Assembly (NCBI GenBank): GCA_051294905.1
Contig: CM119383.1
Span: forward strand, 18,538,001 to 18,602,000
Direction: 5' to 3'
DNA length: 64,000 nt
From: Botryllus schlosseri
Lineage: Eukaryota
Below the pieces are notes generated by a model, which had not been told where the DNA came from, did not search any database, and saw only the letters and a program-made list of their open reading frames with translations. Each line of letters opens with the position of its first letter. The stretch's first letter is position 1. Below are positions 26,486-38,668 of the stretch, piece by piece. The translations under genes and the position numbers were made by a program.

Positions 26486-29400
26486 ATATAGATAGATGCA
26501 AGACAATAGAGAAGGGGATTGAGGCAATGGCTAACACGTAGGATGCCATGAGCTGTCAAGCAAAAGGCCATGGACACGTCTCGAGGAATGAGAAATTAAA
26601 TAATTCACCTCCAAAACTAACCAAGTATACTCGATCATGTGAGCGATGACTAAGGCAAGAACTATATGTAAATAGATCTATTGATTGATTCAATTTCGTT
26701 TAAATTTGAGGTCTTACCCCATTTGACGGACGCCTACGCGAGACCGGCGCCTACGCGAGATCACCATTTCAGCCCTTTGCAGACATAGCGGGTTTGGGGT
26801 GTGGTATTTGACTTGATTTATGGGTCATCGCTTTGCTGTTTGGCGTTTTGCGCGGTCTCGCCAGGCCGTCCGTGTAAAGGGAAAGTACCAAATTTGATGG
26901 CTCTGCAGGAGCTGACAATGAAATGCTGTCACGTATATTTCAAAGCTAAATAACGTAAATATGTATGGAAGGTCGATAGAATGGCGAAAAAATAGACGAA
27001 ACAAGCAGACACCCTTCAAATCTTTAACTGTTGGGTTATAAAACGGAACCTTTCGAGTATTGCATACCCTAATATTTCTAAGAAATTATAGATGCGACTT
27101 TCCAATGCAACTTCTGTTAAAATTATGGGCAACTTTTTCACGATTTTAGTACAAACTTGCCTTAGTGATGACGATGGCTGCTAATTGAAGCAGGGCTTGT
27201 TTCTCTGTTTTTCGCGTGGAACATCACGAATACATCGTGTACGATTAGCGATGCAGAATAGATACAATTAGCACACAATAAAATACTAGGATTAGAATTG
27301 AAGGAATGTATATACTGATTTTTGAGATACCATTGCCGCAATTACTAGCATACTGCCAGAATTTTTCATGACACCACAGTAACATCTGTCACCGATTTTT
27401 TATGACACAAAGTAAATCCGACAGCTCTTCGTGCTCAACTCCGCAGTTGATCCGCCGATTCTTGTAATGCTCCGTAATCGAATGAGACTCAGCAGAGAAA
27501 CGTGATGAGCAGTATCCTACTAAGGATGTCACAACTACCATTACGAAAGCAATAGCTATTGGCCGCTGAAATAAGATCGGAAAGGCAGAGTTCGATCAAT
27601 AGTACAGTAAAGAAGGTCGACATCATACGCAGGAATATTACGATCATAAATGCCTTTGAATAATGTATTCAAATTATTCATATTGAAATGAATCCGACTA
27701 TTTTCGGCTGACACTCGTCAGGGGTAATGGTCAGCAACTATAGTAGAGTGTTAGCCTACTGTCGGCATTTCATGCTAATTTAAGAGGGTTCAATAAGTTA
27801 GGAGCCATATTTGTATTCGCTAGATGGCGTATGCTTGACGACTTTACTTGGTCTGGTCGAAGGGAGCTTGCGGGATATAGCTGTCGTGGGGTTTAGTGTT
27901 TATCAATAGTAATCGGCCCACCGGACGTTACACACTGTATCTATCGATCTTGTTGGGTCTTCAACTGTCTTGTTTCGTTCTATTACCGCATTGTCTTAAA
28001 ATTTGGATACAAGGAACATCGATCAATTGGCACTTTCACGCAATATACTGATAATAGGCCTACTTCAGGATTTTCATAGTTTTCCGATAGGAACGAACCG
28101 AATTAGGTAACATTGAAAACAAGACTTATATGACTATTGACTACACTTTAAAATTGATAACAATTATGTCATGAAAACTAATGCGTCGAAACTAATGTTT
28201 TATTCATCATCAAATTTCGCGTTCAGACTAATCTAATTTTGGTTGGCCTTGCAATTTTACCTGACGTTATATCTAATTTCGAGAATAACCTCGTAGGCCA
28301 CACAAAACCTTGTTGTGGGCCACATTTGGCCTGTGGGGCACGGTTTGGCCGCCCCTGATCTGTATCGTTATTAATAACAGTGAATGAGATGTTTTGATTT
28401 TACAAGACTGTCTTGGAAATAAGTCTTACCGCAATGTGATTACTGCCCTATGAATATCGAAGTGGAAATTCAGGAGGGTAAACGGTGGGAGTAAATGGTG
28501 CCCGTTGCATCAATCAGTATCAAAAAGTAGCTCTCGGGTGCAAAAAGGTTGGTGACCCCTGATCTAGGGACATGCTGTTTTATGAGTTCCTGCTAACGCT
28601 TTGACGTTCTTCCCATTATCCACAATCACAGTGGCACTTATATTCGTACACTATATTACTTTATGGAAGTGCAAGATGCACGTCTTTACGTGTTGTAGAG
28701 AGCATTTCCGTTGTCTTGAAAATCACGTTGGTCTTCACTGTTTCGTAACACTTACTGACCGCAGAAATCAATTGCTTTTCAAAGCGGGGGGCAATATGAC
28801 AAATGCAAGGTTATTATCTGTATCACGACAGGAAATGCCTTCCCCGGAGAAGTTTCAACCACTTGGGACAGATTAGGAAAATTCGTCACTGATTCAGGTT
28901 TACCATAAATTGATATGAGTTTGCACACAGTTATTTTGATTGCAAATGTGCATTCTGTGTTCCATGTTCCATGACGTACCACAGGAAGTATAAAGTACAA
29001 GCGTGAAAAACGGTTGAATTTGAAGTAACACCGGTCAAGAATACTAACCGCTTGAGTGTGAGTTACTGAGCTTACTTCAGTAGTGTCTAGGCTACTCCAA
29101 GCAAGAATATATAAGTGCTTAATTGCAAACACGAATCCACCCAGCGACCGACTATGACTACATGTTGCATACCCGGGCCGTAAATACCCTGCATTTTTTC
29201 ACACCAAATTCATGTCATGAATGACCTAAGGTTTCATATTGATTCCCAGACAATCGAGTTGTAGCAAAACTAAGTAACTCTGTCACGTCCCAATTTAAAT
29301 TCATAGCAATCACAGCACGCGTTTATAAACGTTATATCTGTCACCCAATTACAGATTGTTTACCACACCGATAATGGTAGGGCGTAATAAATGAGTTACC

Positions 29401-29879
29401 GTTGATTCAAAACCAATCGGAAGACTTCTAACAATGTATGGTAAAGTTCCAATCACAGTAAAAGATGGAGTAGGATCTAAATGTTGAGAATCCTGGACTT
29501 TACAGTCCAATATCTCAGAAACAGATTTCAAGCAGACATATCTGGGGAAATCCAGACGCACGGCAGCCATGCTTCCCTGTATTGCGAGGTTTTCATATTA
29601 TATAATACGACTCAGGAGGATGACGTTATATATCATATATAACTACAACCTGATTGTCAACACAGTACTGCGTTAATTTTGCGGTTTCTGAAGTATTGAT
29701 GGTTCATAGTGTACTTTTTGATGTCGAATCCAAAACTGTTACCCTATATTTCGACTCTGATATTATATTTTTGTAGAATTTATAACGGCTGTCATTCCAA
29801 AAAACTCGAATTCAAATAAAATCACCATCTTGAAAAATTGAAAACAATATTGACCAAAGCTAGCATAACACTGGTCTAC

Positions 29880-30354
29880 AAATTTCAACTTTTGTCAGGT
29901 TTGGGTTTTGACAACTGATTTTGGCTAATTTTGGGGCGCTGAATTCAAAAATGGGCTCAAATTTTCTCTATCACATCACGTTTTTGATATATTGTCGCGA
30001 TGTCTGCTTTTCTCTTTGATCAATCAAGGTATCGTGAAATCCAAGATTTCGACTCGCGCGATGACGTTTACATGGTATTCGTGAGAGATGTTTGTCGCCG
30101 GCGCGGCAGCAACATAAATTCGAGGATTTTGAAAAGGGGGACACGATCCCTTGACCAATGATACTCACTGTTTTGACCTCTAGATGATATGTTTATGCTG
30201 CCACGAAAATAATTATCTGGCCGCTATGATAATTTACTAACAAGTTGCTGCAATATTGCTAAATTTATTGCGAAATGAAAATTTTGTCTAAGAGCCATTT
30301 CTTATACCCAAAAGAGCCATATATGGCTCACGAGCCATAGGTTCTCGACCACTG
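29880..30354 (-). mobile_element. Partial inverted copy of the 25249-26485 MITE
   Basis: Ends GAGCCATAGGTTCTCGACCACTG; interior is a diverged reverse complement of about 25249-25700. Confidence 0.75.
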
Positions 30355-31554
30355 GTGGAATATATGCTGCATCCTTCAGCTTCCAGTTGTATGTTTCAGA
30401 CAGTCAATCGTGCAATTTTGATGGGCGGTAAAACCGATTTGATATCTTAGTCCTCGTGGTCCCGTCGTTACATGCAATATGGTGCAATGTATGCACAATA
30501 TCAGGTCGGGACTGGATAAGTGTCCGTAAATTGATCTCGCGGAAACTGTACGCACGTATAATCGCTACTGTGGCGAAAGTATCCCTTCATTTCAAGTGAG
30601 CAATGTAAGCAAAGTTTTGAAAACATAGCGTGAGCGTGCTTCCGTTTGGCGATATAAACGCAACATGGAAATGAGTATCTAGTTTCGAGTACGTTTCCTA
30701 ACACCAAGACATAACTATAGCGAAATCAAACGCCTATTACTGTATTACATGTTCAGAGGTGGTCAGTAACGATGTGCTTCTACTTATTCGAAGTAGGCCT
30801 ACTCATGTGGTTTTCCTCTACTTCTGGTACCAACTCATGTATATATCTGATTTTCACTACACTTCTACTTCTACTTCGTAATATGTTGTTATCTACTTAC
30901 TTACTTTTCGCTATTTTCAGTTTATCTAGTAGAAGTAATGTAACCCTCCAAATAGAGAGAGAAACTGGGGAATTCTCGGGCTGTTTTCACGGAGTTCTAA
31001 CTTTCAGTTTAAAAAAAATTTAAGTCCAATCCAGAATTTCCGTCGCGATTCACACAAAGTAGATATGGAGTTATAAATATGCTTTTACGAAAGGGAATAT
31101 TATTTAGGTAGCCAGTTGCGTGGTTCCATTCGCACCTCATTGTCGCCACATATTTCATCACAGTAAATATGGCCCATCATAACGTTTGAAGCTATCGTTT
31201 CGCAATCCAGCATTTACCCATCATATCGAAATCTAGCAGCAGGGTTTCGACTGTTTTGAGCGTTCGACATGTTTTAGCAGACCACCGTTAAAATTTTCTC
31301 GACAAAAGACATGAGATCCCTTTCCGCTTTTCTGAAGTAGTATTGGTATTTCTAATTAGTTTCAGTTCTTTTGTCTGGAGAACATACATGTTGAAGTTTA
31401 ACAGAAAGTGTAGCATCACCCTCGATTTTCCGAAGATACAATTTCACTATATGGCATTTTTACGTTACGCCACATTTTTTATCATCGTATATGAATCGCG
31501 TAAAATGTTAGCATCGTATCCCTACAACTTTTCCGGATTGCTCTTCGACTAAAC

Positions 31555-32771
31555 CAGTGGTTCCCAACCTTTTTCGACTCATCGCCCCCTTTTCAAACTC
31601 TGCACCGATCATCGCCCCCCAAATATTGGGAACACAAAAATAGGCATTGACTGAAATCACCGGTGAGTTGACTAAGAAAAAAGGTCAACCTTTCGGCTCG
31701 ACCTCGAAATTACACTTTTCCAGCTAAATTTTGGTGAGTTGACTAACAAAATAGGTGATTTCTCCGACTCGATTCCTAAAGGACCGTTTCAGCACTTCGT
31801 CAGCCCCCCCCCCCAATACGTTGGTCTTGACCCCCTCCATAGGGCGATAAAGCAAACTTCCGCACCCCTCAGACCCAACTCCCCCGATACCTCTTTACCG
31901 CAACTTCTCGGCACAAATTGTTGGACTCTTTAGTTGCTGGGCTAAATTCGCGCAAAGCGCGAAAAATTTCTACTATTTATGATTGAATCGGTCAATATGA
32001 TCGAGAATTGCATAAATATTGGTGTCAATTTTTTATCCTCTCTCTGCTCATGTATTCAGATTTACCGGTAAAGCTGAGTAAGGTGTCTTGGAAAATGAAT
32101 GGTCCGTAAATAATAATTGAACATATTCGGGCGGACCCGTGGGTATAATGACTTCGTTACGTAATAACATTTCGTGGCCTGTCAGCTATGCCAAAAGATA
32201 TTCAAATCGCCCATCAGTACTAAACTAAAAGACGCACACGATTTCAAATTGGTATTTCTGTGCTGGCAATTAATTGTTATCTGCGAGATGGCATTGTTTG
32301 TGGGGTTCTGATTGGACAGGACTGGAACATTTGGCGCCAGTCATTTAGGTTCCTATGGTCAATTAAATATATATGTATGTATCGTATATATATCGAAGTC
32401 GGTCAGCATAAGGCAGTCCTTTTCCGCCAAGATTTTCTCGTTCTGGCACACTTCTCGGAGTCGCATGTTACATGGGCTGAAACTTCATATGTCTTGGTGC
32501 GTCATGGAGTGATAGTGACTGACGCCGAGATGCTCATTTCTATGCCTCGTGCGTATTATTTCTTGAAGGAAGGGAATCCAATGAGCAAGAAATATGTGAC
32601 CACGAAATGGCGCGCAGTGCGACGCCAATATAGCCATTTCAACGCGCTATCGCCCCCCTATCGCCCCCTTCGTCCGTTTTCGCCCCCCTATCGCCCCCTT
32701 GGCTATTTTCGCCCCCCTGGACCGACAAATCGCCCCCTGGGGGGCGATATCGCCCACGTTGGGAACCACTG
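31555..32771. mobile_element. Complete hAT-type MITE with ATCGCCCC subterminal repeats
   Basis: Perfect 14-bp TIR CAGTGGTTCCCAAC / GTTGGGAACCACTG and perfect TSD GACTAAAC. Confidence 0.92.
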
Positions 32772-34415
32772 GACTAAACTAAAGGCCGTAATATGGGCGA
32801 GGGAACAGGCCATGGCATTTTCTAAAACGGGATGTTTGAGTAAACAAAACATTAGTATCTCATTTCGATAGCAAAACTATCATTTTCATCTCATGATGCG
32901 ATCGAGTGCTCATGCTGTCGGAAATTTATACTTTATGGGATGCATCAATGTGCAATTGAGCATTGTGCATGAAGCTCTCAACACCTTCCGCATAGCTCAA
33001 TTTGCAGCTTTTGAAGTCCATGTGAACGAATTATGACCGTTTTCAAAACTACTCGCCTACTTGAGTAGATATAAAGCCAGCAAATCCTACTTCTACTCCA
33101 AGTAGTTTTAGGTTGCTTTCAAAATTTCTACATCTACTTGTACTTGAGTCGATTTTTGCGTCGGTACTTCTACTTCTGCTTGAGGGCTTTCATGACTACT
33201 TTGCCACCGCTGTATTTCATTATAGAGGTCCAAACTTTGGTTAATGATAGTATAAATGATTCTTTGGTCATATCACTGTTCAGTGTTCAGTGCCAGATTT
33301 CAAGGATGGTGACTAGAAAAGTAACGACCAGCAATGAGACTGTGATGCTGAGGCTTGGTCGAATATGACCACATCATTCCAAGGTCAGCAACATGTAGTG
33401 AGACGGAGAAGGATTCTTTTAGTATTTTCGATTGAGATAAGAAATATATCGCGGGATATATATGACCATCACCACCTTCCTACATATCACCCTCCTAGAG
33501 TGGTCGTCATAATATTTCATGTAAATAAGCAAAAATCATAATAGCGAGACCTTCTAGAGATGATAATTTTAGTGTGATAACTGCGAAAGGAAATGCGAGA
33601 GTTTGCCAAGTGCACAGAATTACGCAGCACCACGCAAATGCCTATATTTATCGTGTACGTGATCCACATACCATTGATCTCAAGGTATTCTGGAGGACTT
33701 CTAACGTCCACAATATTGCACGAAATAGCGCAAAATTGCGAGTCAATCAAAATAGCGAGCGGTTTCCCCATGTTTGCTGGTCATACGCGACTTAATCAAT
33801 AAAGACAACCATTTTTGAGCTATGGTATTTCCTTTCCATTTCATCAGCAATATAGTTTGTATTCTGTAATAACTGAAACCACGCGTGGATGTATGCCTAA
33901 AATAACTTTGATAAACAGACTACGTTCGAGCTGAGTAGGACTCACCAGAGTAGGATCAATTACAATTACAACTACTTAATTGCATGTTTCAATTACGTTA
34001 CAAATACAATTAATCCATGCTCAAAATAGCAAATTACAATTACAATTATACTGTTAAACAAAAATACTGTTAATTGATTAATCATAACTACAACTTCGGT
34101 AGAGAGGTGCTCTTTAACAGCCGTAGCGACGTAGTTAGCAACAATCAAAAGCTATTCCTGTTTCATTCATAATAGGCTACGCACTGGCGTAGCAGCATGT
34201 GCTGCCGCCCCTGGCTCTCGCTCAAAATGCCGCCCCCCTAAGTAGATCGCAGCTAATATCAATATAGAATCATGACAAGAAATAGCGAACGAATGTATTG
34301 TGCAAATAGAGAATCAATAGCCGTCTCAAAACTTAACTTTTCGGGCTTTGCCGATGCAAAATCAGCGATAATATCCTCAATTTCAAGATTTTGAACGTAG
34401 ACTCTTTCTATAGAC

Positions 34416-36153
34416 CAGTGGTTCTCAACCGGGGGTCCGCGGGACCCTGGTGGTCCACGAAGCATTTTCAGGGGGTCTGCGATGCCTCTGGTCATTGTAA
34501 AGTCATTGGTAACCTAATTTACATTTTTTTAATTAGGAAAAGCATGGGGCAGTTTTCGCTTCGCTTCATAATTACTAAAACTTTGGGACTCACGTCATTA
34601 AAATGGTCGTCTGAGATGAAATATCCGACTGTGCAAACTCATTTTATTGTCAACTTGCCAATAGCATGCTGATGCAAACATATATTGCTGCTTATAAATG
34701 TTTTGTTAAGAGAGAGAGAATCTTTATTCGTATACATTACATATCAACATAACACTACAAAAATGTCACAGTGAAATGCGACATGCAAGGTAGACGGGAG
34801 GCTCGATATGACAAAGTCTTCAGAGCCGAGCCACCCGGGACAGGAGCAATTTTCACAGTCGATAACTAATGAAAAAAAAAAAATTGAAATAAACTAACGA
34901 ACGAAAGGGAAAATAAGACACAGTATCGTGGACCAATTTGAAATACAACGCAAATACAATTTAGCGGTAATTAGAGATAAGAGATTGAAAACATTGTTTT
35001 TTAAAAGCACAAGAGTCTAAATTGCGGAGATTAGGTGGCAGCTTATTCCAAACATTGACACCAATAAAACTGATGGAATTTTGCACTAGACTGGTAGAGT
35101 GGTGTTGCACAGACAGAGACAAGTTAGAAGAAAATCTGGTATGATGTTGGTGGATATCTGAAGGTATCTTGAACAGATTATCAAAATATAGTGGCAGTTC
35201 ACCCCGATGATAGCTATGCATGAATTTCATTACCTCAAATTTGAAAATGTCTTCCACTTTCAATATTCTAACGCTACGATACATGCTATTACAATTCTCA
35301 TATCTAGATTTCCGACAGAGAATTCGTATGGCTCGATTTTGCAAGACTTGCAATTTCTGCAGATGTTTTTTCGCAGCAGGTCCCCAAACTAGGATCCCAT
35401 AAATGAGATAGCAGTGAATTAAGGCATAGTAGACTGATCTGAGAGTTTGATGAGGAATTAAATTTTTAAGGCGATAGAGAGCCCCGACACCACGCGAGAT
35501 TTTAGTTTTTATATTGTTGATATGTTAAGGTTTCTGAACAATTAAATGTAGGAGATAGCAATTTGGATTTGCAGTTGTCAGTCGCAGCAAATTTGTAAAC
35601 ATTCGTTTGAAATAGAAGTTCCTGAACTTTTTCCTGATCTGTCCCAATGAAGGAATTGAAACCGCGCCGCCACGAAATCCATTTTCTTCTGTGATATAAC
35701 CACTAAATGCCTTCAAGATGAGATGCTAGATAGAAATGACTATAGGCTGCGTGGACATGATATGTTCATTACAAACACACACCAAAAGCTATCGTCGGAA
35801 GCGATACGCGTTAATGTTACATTCGCCACCAATATATCTTCGTGGAAATGGACTTTCGGCACTCGTTCATATCCAATCAAAGACGAGAATTTTCAAGACA
35901 ATAAATACAGGTGGAAAATTCGTTTCGAAATATTAAAAGTCTACCCAATTTCGACGTAGAGTGTGATGTTATTTTGAATAAAATTCATTTTCTGACTGTT
36001 TATTACTAACCTAAAATCAATGTCTGCTCTGCACGAGACAGTTGACGGTTGCACGAGAATTCAGTTAATTTTGAACGAAAACTTGAGGGGGTCCACGGGG
36101 GTCTGTGGCGGTCCAAAGGTGGTCCGCGAAGACAAAAACATTGAGAATCACTG
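34416..36153. mobile_element. hAT-type MITE inserted into the transposase remnant
   Basis: TIR CAGTGGTTCTCAA / TTGAGAATCACTG (12/13 match); flanks CTATAGAC and CTATCGAT (6/8 match). Confidence 0.7.
34710..35530 (-). mobile_element. 5'-truncated L2/CR1-group LINE (ORF2 C-terminus and 3' UTR)
   Basis: Open frame INNIKTKISRGVGALYRLK...YYALIHCYLIYGILVWG...LQVLQNRAIRI...GVNVWNKLP...FKKQ. The 3' UTR ends AATAAA followed by a (TC)n tail. Confidence 0.88.
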
Positions 36154-36959
36154 CTATCGATAGAGCTGATAGCCTATCATCATTCATGGTAGAACGTAAA
36201 TAAGACTTAATCAGTTTGAGCTTTGAAAAGCTCCTCGCACAGCTCTCAATTGAAACACCAATGGTCAGAGGAAGTTCCATACACGAGTACAAATATGGTG
36301 TCGAATGAAGTAGCTTTGCATTAACTAACTAACCAACCAACCAACCATTGTTAAGAACACGCGGCCTTGACGGCTATTTCGGAATGGTTCCATTGTCATG
36401 TTAACATATTAATTCGTCTTTTTGGAATTAGCGTGACACTAGCTTTCGTTGAAGACCTGTTTGATTAAATTTTAGCTCACGGGACGCCAGCTACAGGACT
36501 ACCAATTACGTTGCTTTAGCCGGCTGTGTACACTGTGTTAGCCTCATTTTGCCGCCCCCTTGGAGCCTGCCGCGCCTGGTGCAGAGCCAGAACCGCCAAA
36601 TAGCTGCTACGCCACTGCCCCTACGTAGAATACCCTTTGATTAAAAAAGAAACTCGAACGTTTTCGAACTATTCCTAATCATGAGTACTGAAAAATACAA
36701 ACACACAAACATTTTTAAGCGACTGTTAACAACCAAAAGTTTGAGCGACTCGCAACGACTAACAACGAATAGGCCACACGGCAGGCAATGAATTGTAATC
36801 AAACGAATACACAAAGCTGCGTAAGGCAAATCAAATGTAATTGGTAAGGCGGCAGCGATAACGATAATACCGATAACGTGTGTAAAATTAAAGTAAATCC
36901 AAAAGGAAAGAAGCTCTTGATAACCACAAATTACAAAATTTTGGTTCGCATTTACATTT

Positions 36960-37300
36960 ACGTATTAGGGTTAGGAGTGGTAGATATCAGTGTTGGTGGT
37001 GGGTTGAGGTTAGGGTATCCCAAGATTAGGGCTGTGGGTGAGGGGATATTGGGGTTGAACGTGAAGTAGGGTTACGGGTGACAGATATAAGGATTAGGGT
37101 GCGGGAATCGATACTCCCAACCCTAATTTTCGGATACCCGTACCCTAATACCACGCCACCCTATTTTGGGATACCCTTATTCACCTACTACCCTAATATC
37201 CCGCACCCAGAACCCTAATCTTTCGATAACCTGACTACAACCCTTACCCGCAGCCCTATTATCCCAACCCACGTGACCCTAATATCTCGCATCCATAACA
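36960..37300. repeat. Degenerate TTAGGG/CCCTAA-rich fold-back repeat
   Basis: Left arm rich in TTAGGG/TAGGGT and right arm rich in ACCCTA/CCCTAA, centred on GGGAATCGATACTCCC (about 37100-37120). Confidence 0.7.
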
Positions 37301-38496
37301 CCAATCCCAACGCGAAAAAAAATATTTATTTGACCGTTTATACATTTTGACATGTTCATGGGAAACTGGCATTGCTGTCACGGTGAACACTGGTTGGTTG
37401 TTGATTGTAAAACTAAGAAGCGCAAATTATATTTTGCTGTATGCTTGCCAGGTCTCAATAACAATGTACTGTAATTGAAATTGTAATTAGGCAAACTTTT
37501 TATCAAATTACAATTACACAAAATTAAAATGCTTCAATTGCAATTATAATTGCATGAAACATGTAATAAAATACATTCAGCTCAATTACAAATTACAATT
37601 GATCCAACTCCAATACTCATGACTGAAAAACCACGTTAACTGGTACCGGACAGCATTCGCACCTTCCTGCGAACGGAATTTGATGATCCCGAAACCGTTG
37701 ATACATATATATTACATCGTTATACAAACTCGAAAACACATGAAAGTATCTGCTATACCACAAATCCTATGTCGATGCATCTTTGCCTTTCATACTCCAT
37801 AGTTGTCGAACGCAGTTTTCACTTGCGATATAGAGGTTCGAGGCCTGGTATCACATGGGACGGAATTAGCAACAGTGTCAATTGTACCGTTTGGAAGCAG
37901 ATTCATACAAAAAGAGTATGAACTGCATAATGTCAGAAGGCTTTTCAATTGATATCCATATTGAGGTAGCTATTCATCGCCGAGAACGTGTAATGCATGC
38001 ATACTGTACAGGCAATTATATTTGCTACATATATATTCGTGTCATTCAAAATGATAGATCCATACCGATAATATTCATTCTTTTCAACACTGCGATGGAT
38101 CTTATCAAAATTAAGACATCAAGATGAGTTTTCAATTGTTCATCGCAAAGGCCGATGTGAGAGGTCACTATCGTATTTGCTTCAGATCTTGAAAGAAAAG
38201 ACAGATTAATCAGATTATATCTTGTACTTGAAATCATTCACCGAAGCAGTTATTACTGGAGGTCTGGTGGTCGAGTGAAGTCAGCTAAGAGAAAGAGATA
38301 CGGTATTCTTTTTCGCCTGCACCATCGAGATGCTTTGACGACGGAGCACACCCATTTTTCTCCTCCATGCTATCCGTGATTGCCGATCGGGAACACATAT
38401 ACTATTCACCTGATTTCCCGGAACATGTGCAACACGTCCCATTTCATGTTTCCCCATGAAATAATCGATTTCTTTCATGTGTAACACTAACATGAA

Positions 38497-38512
38497 TCCC
38501 TTTTTTTCTTTT
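38497..38512 (-). promoter_or_regulatory. Candidate polypurine tract (plus-strand primer)
   Basis: Minus strand AAAAGAAAAAAAGGGA lies about 155 nt after the pol stop and is followed by TTCA-TGTTAGTG. Confidence 0.55.
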
Positions 38513-38668
38513 AATTTATTCTCTCGTATTAAGTGCACGCCTACTTATTCAGCATTTCTTTCTATGACGCGTTTTAGGTTTTGTCCAACTGAATACCCCG
38601 TGCATCCAATCCCTGAAAGTTCAACACAACTTTTTCGTGAGCACAAGAACGACCACCCCGCGCTATTT

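Larger units (their letters stand above)
34182..36617 (-). mobile_element. Outer hAT element (ZMYM1/Tip100-like transposase 3' remnant) hosting nested insertions
   Basis: TIR CACTGGCGTAGCAGC / GCTGCTACGCCACTG. The transposase tail LPLTIGVSIESCARSFSKLKLIKSYLRSTMNDDRLSALSI (36150-36290) continues as SIERVYVQNLEIEDIIADFASAKPEKLSF (34320-34410) on the other side of a MITE. Confidence 0.75.

Noticed and set aside
32260-32871. 203-aa ORF
   Set aside because: Runs through MITE subterminal ATCGCCCC repeats and the TIR; no transposase motif.
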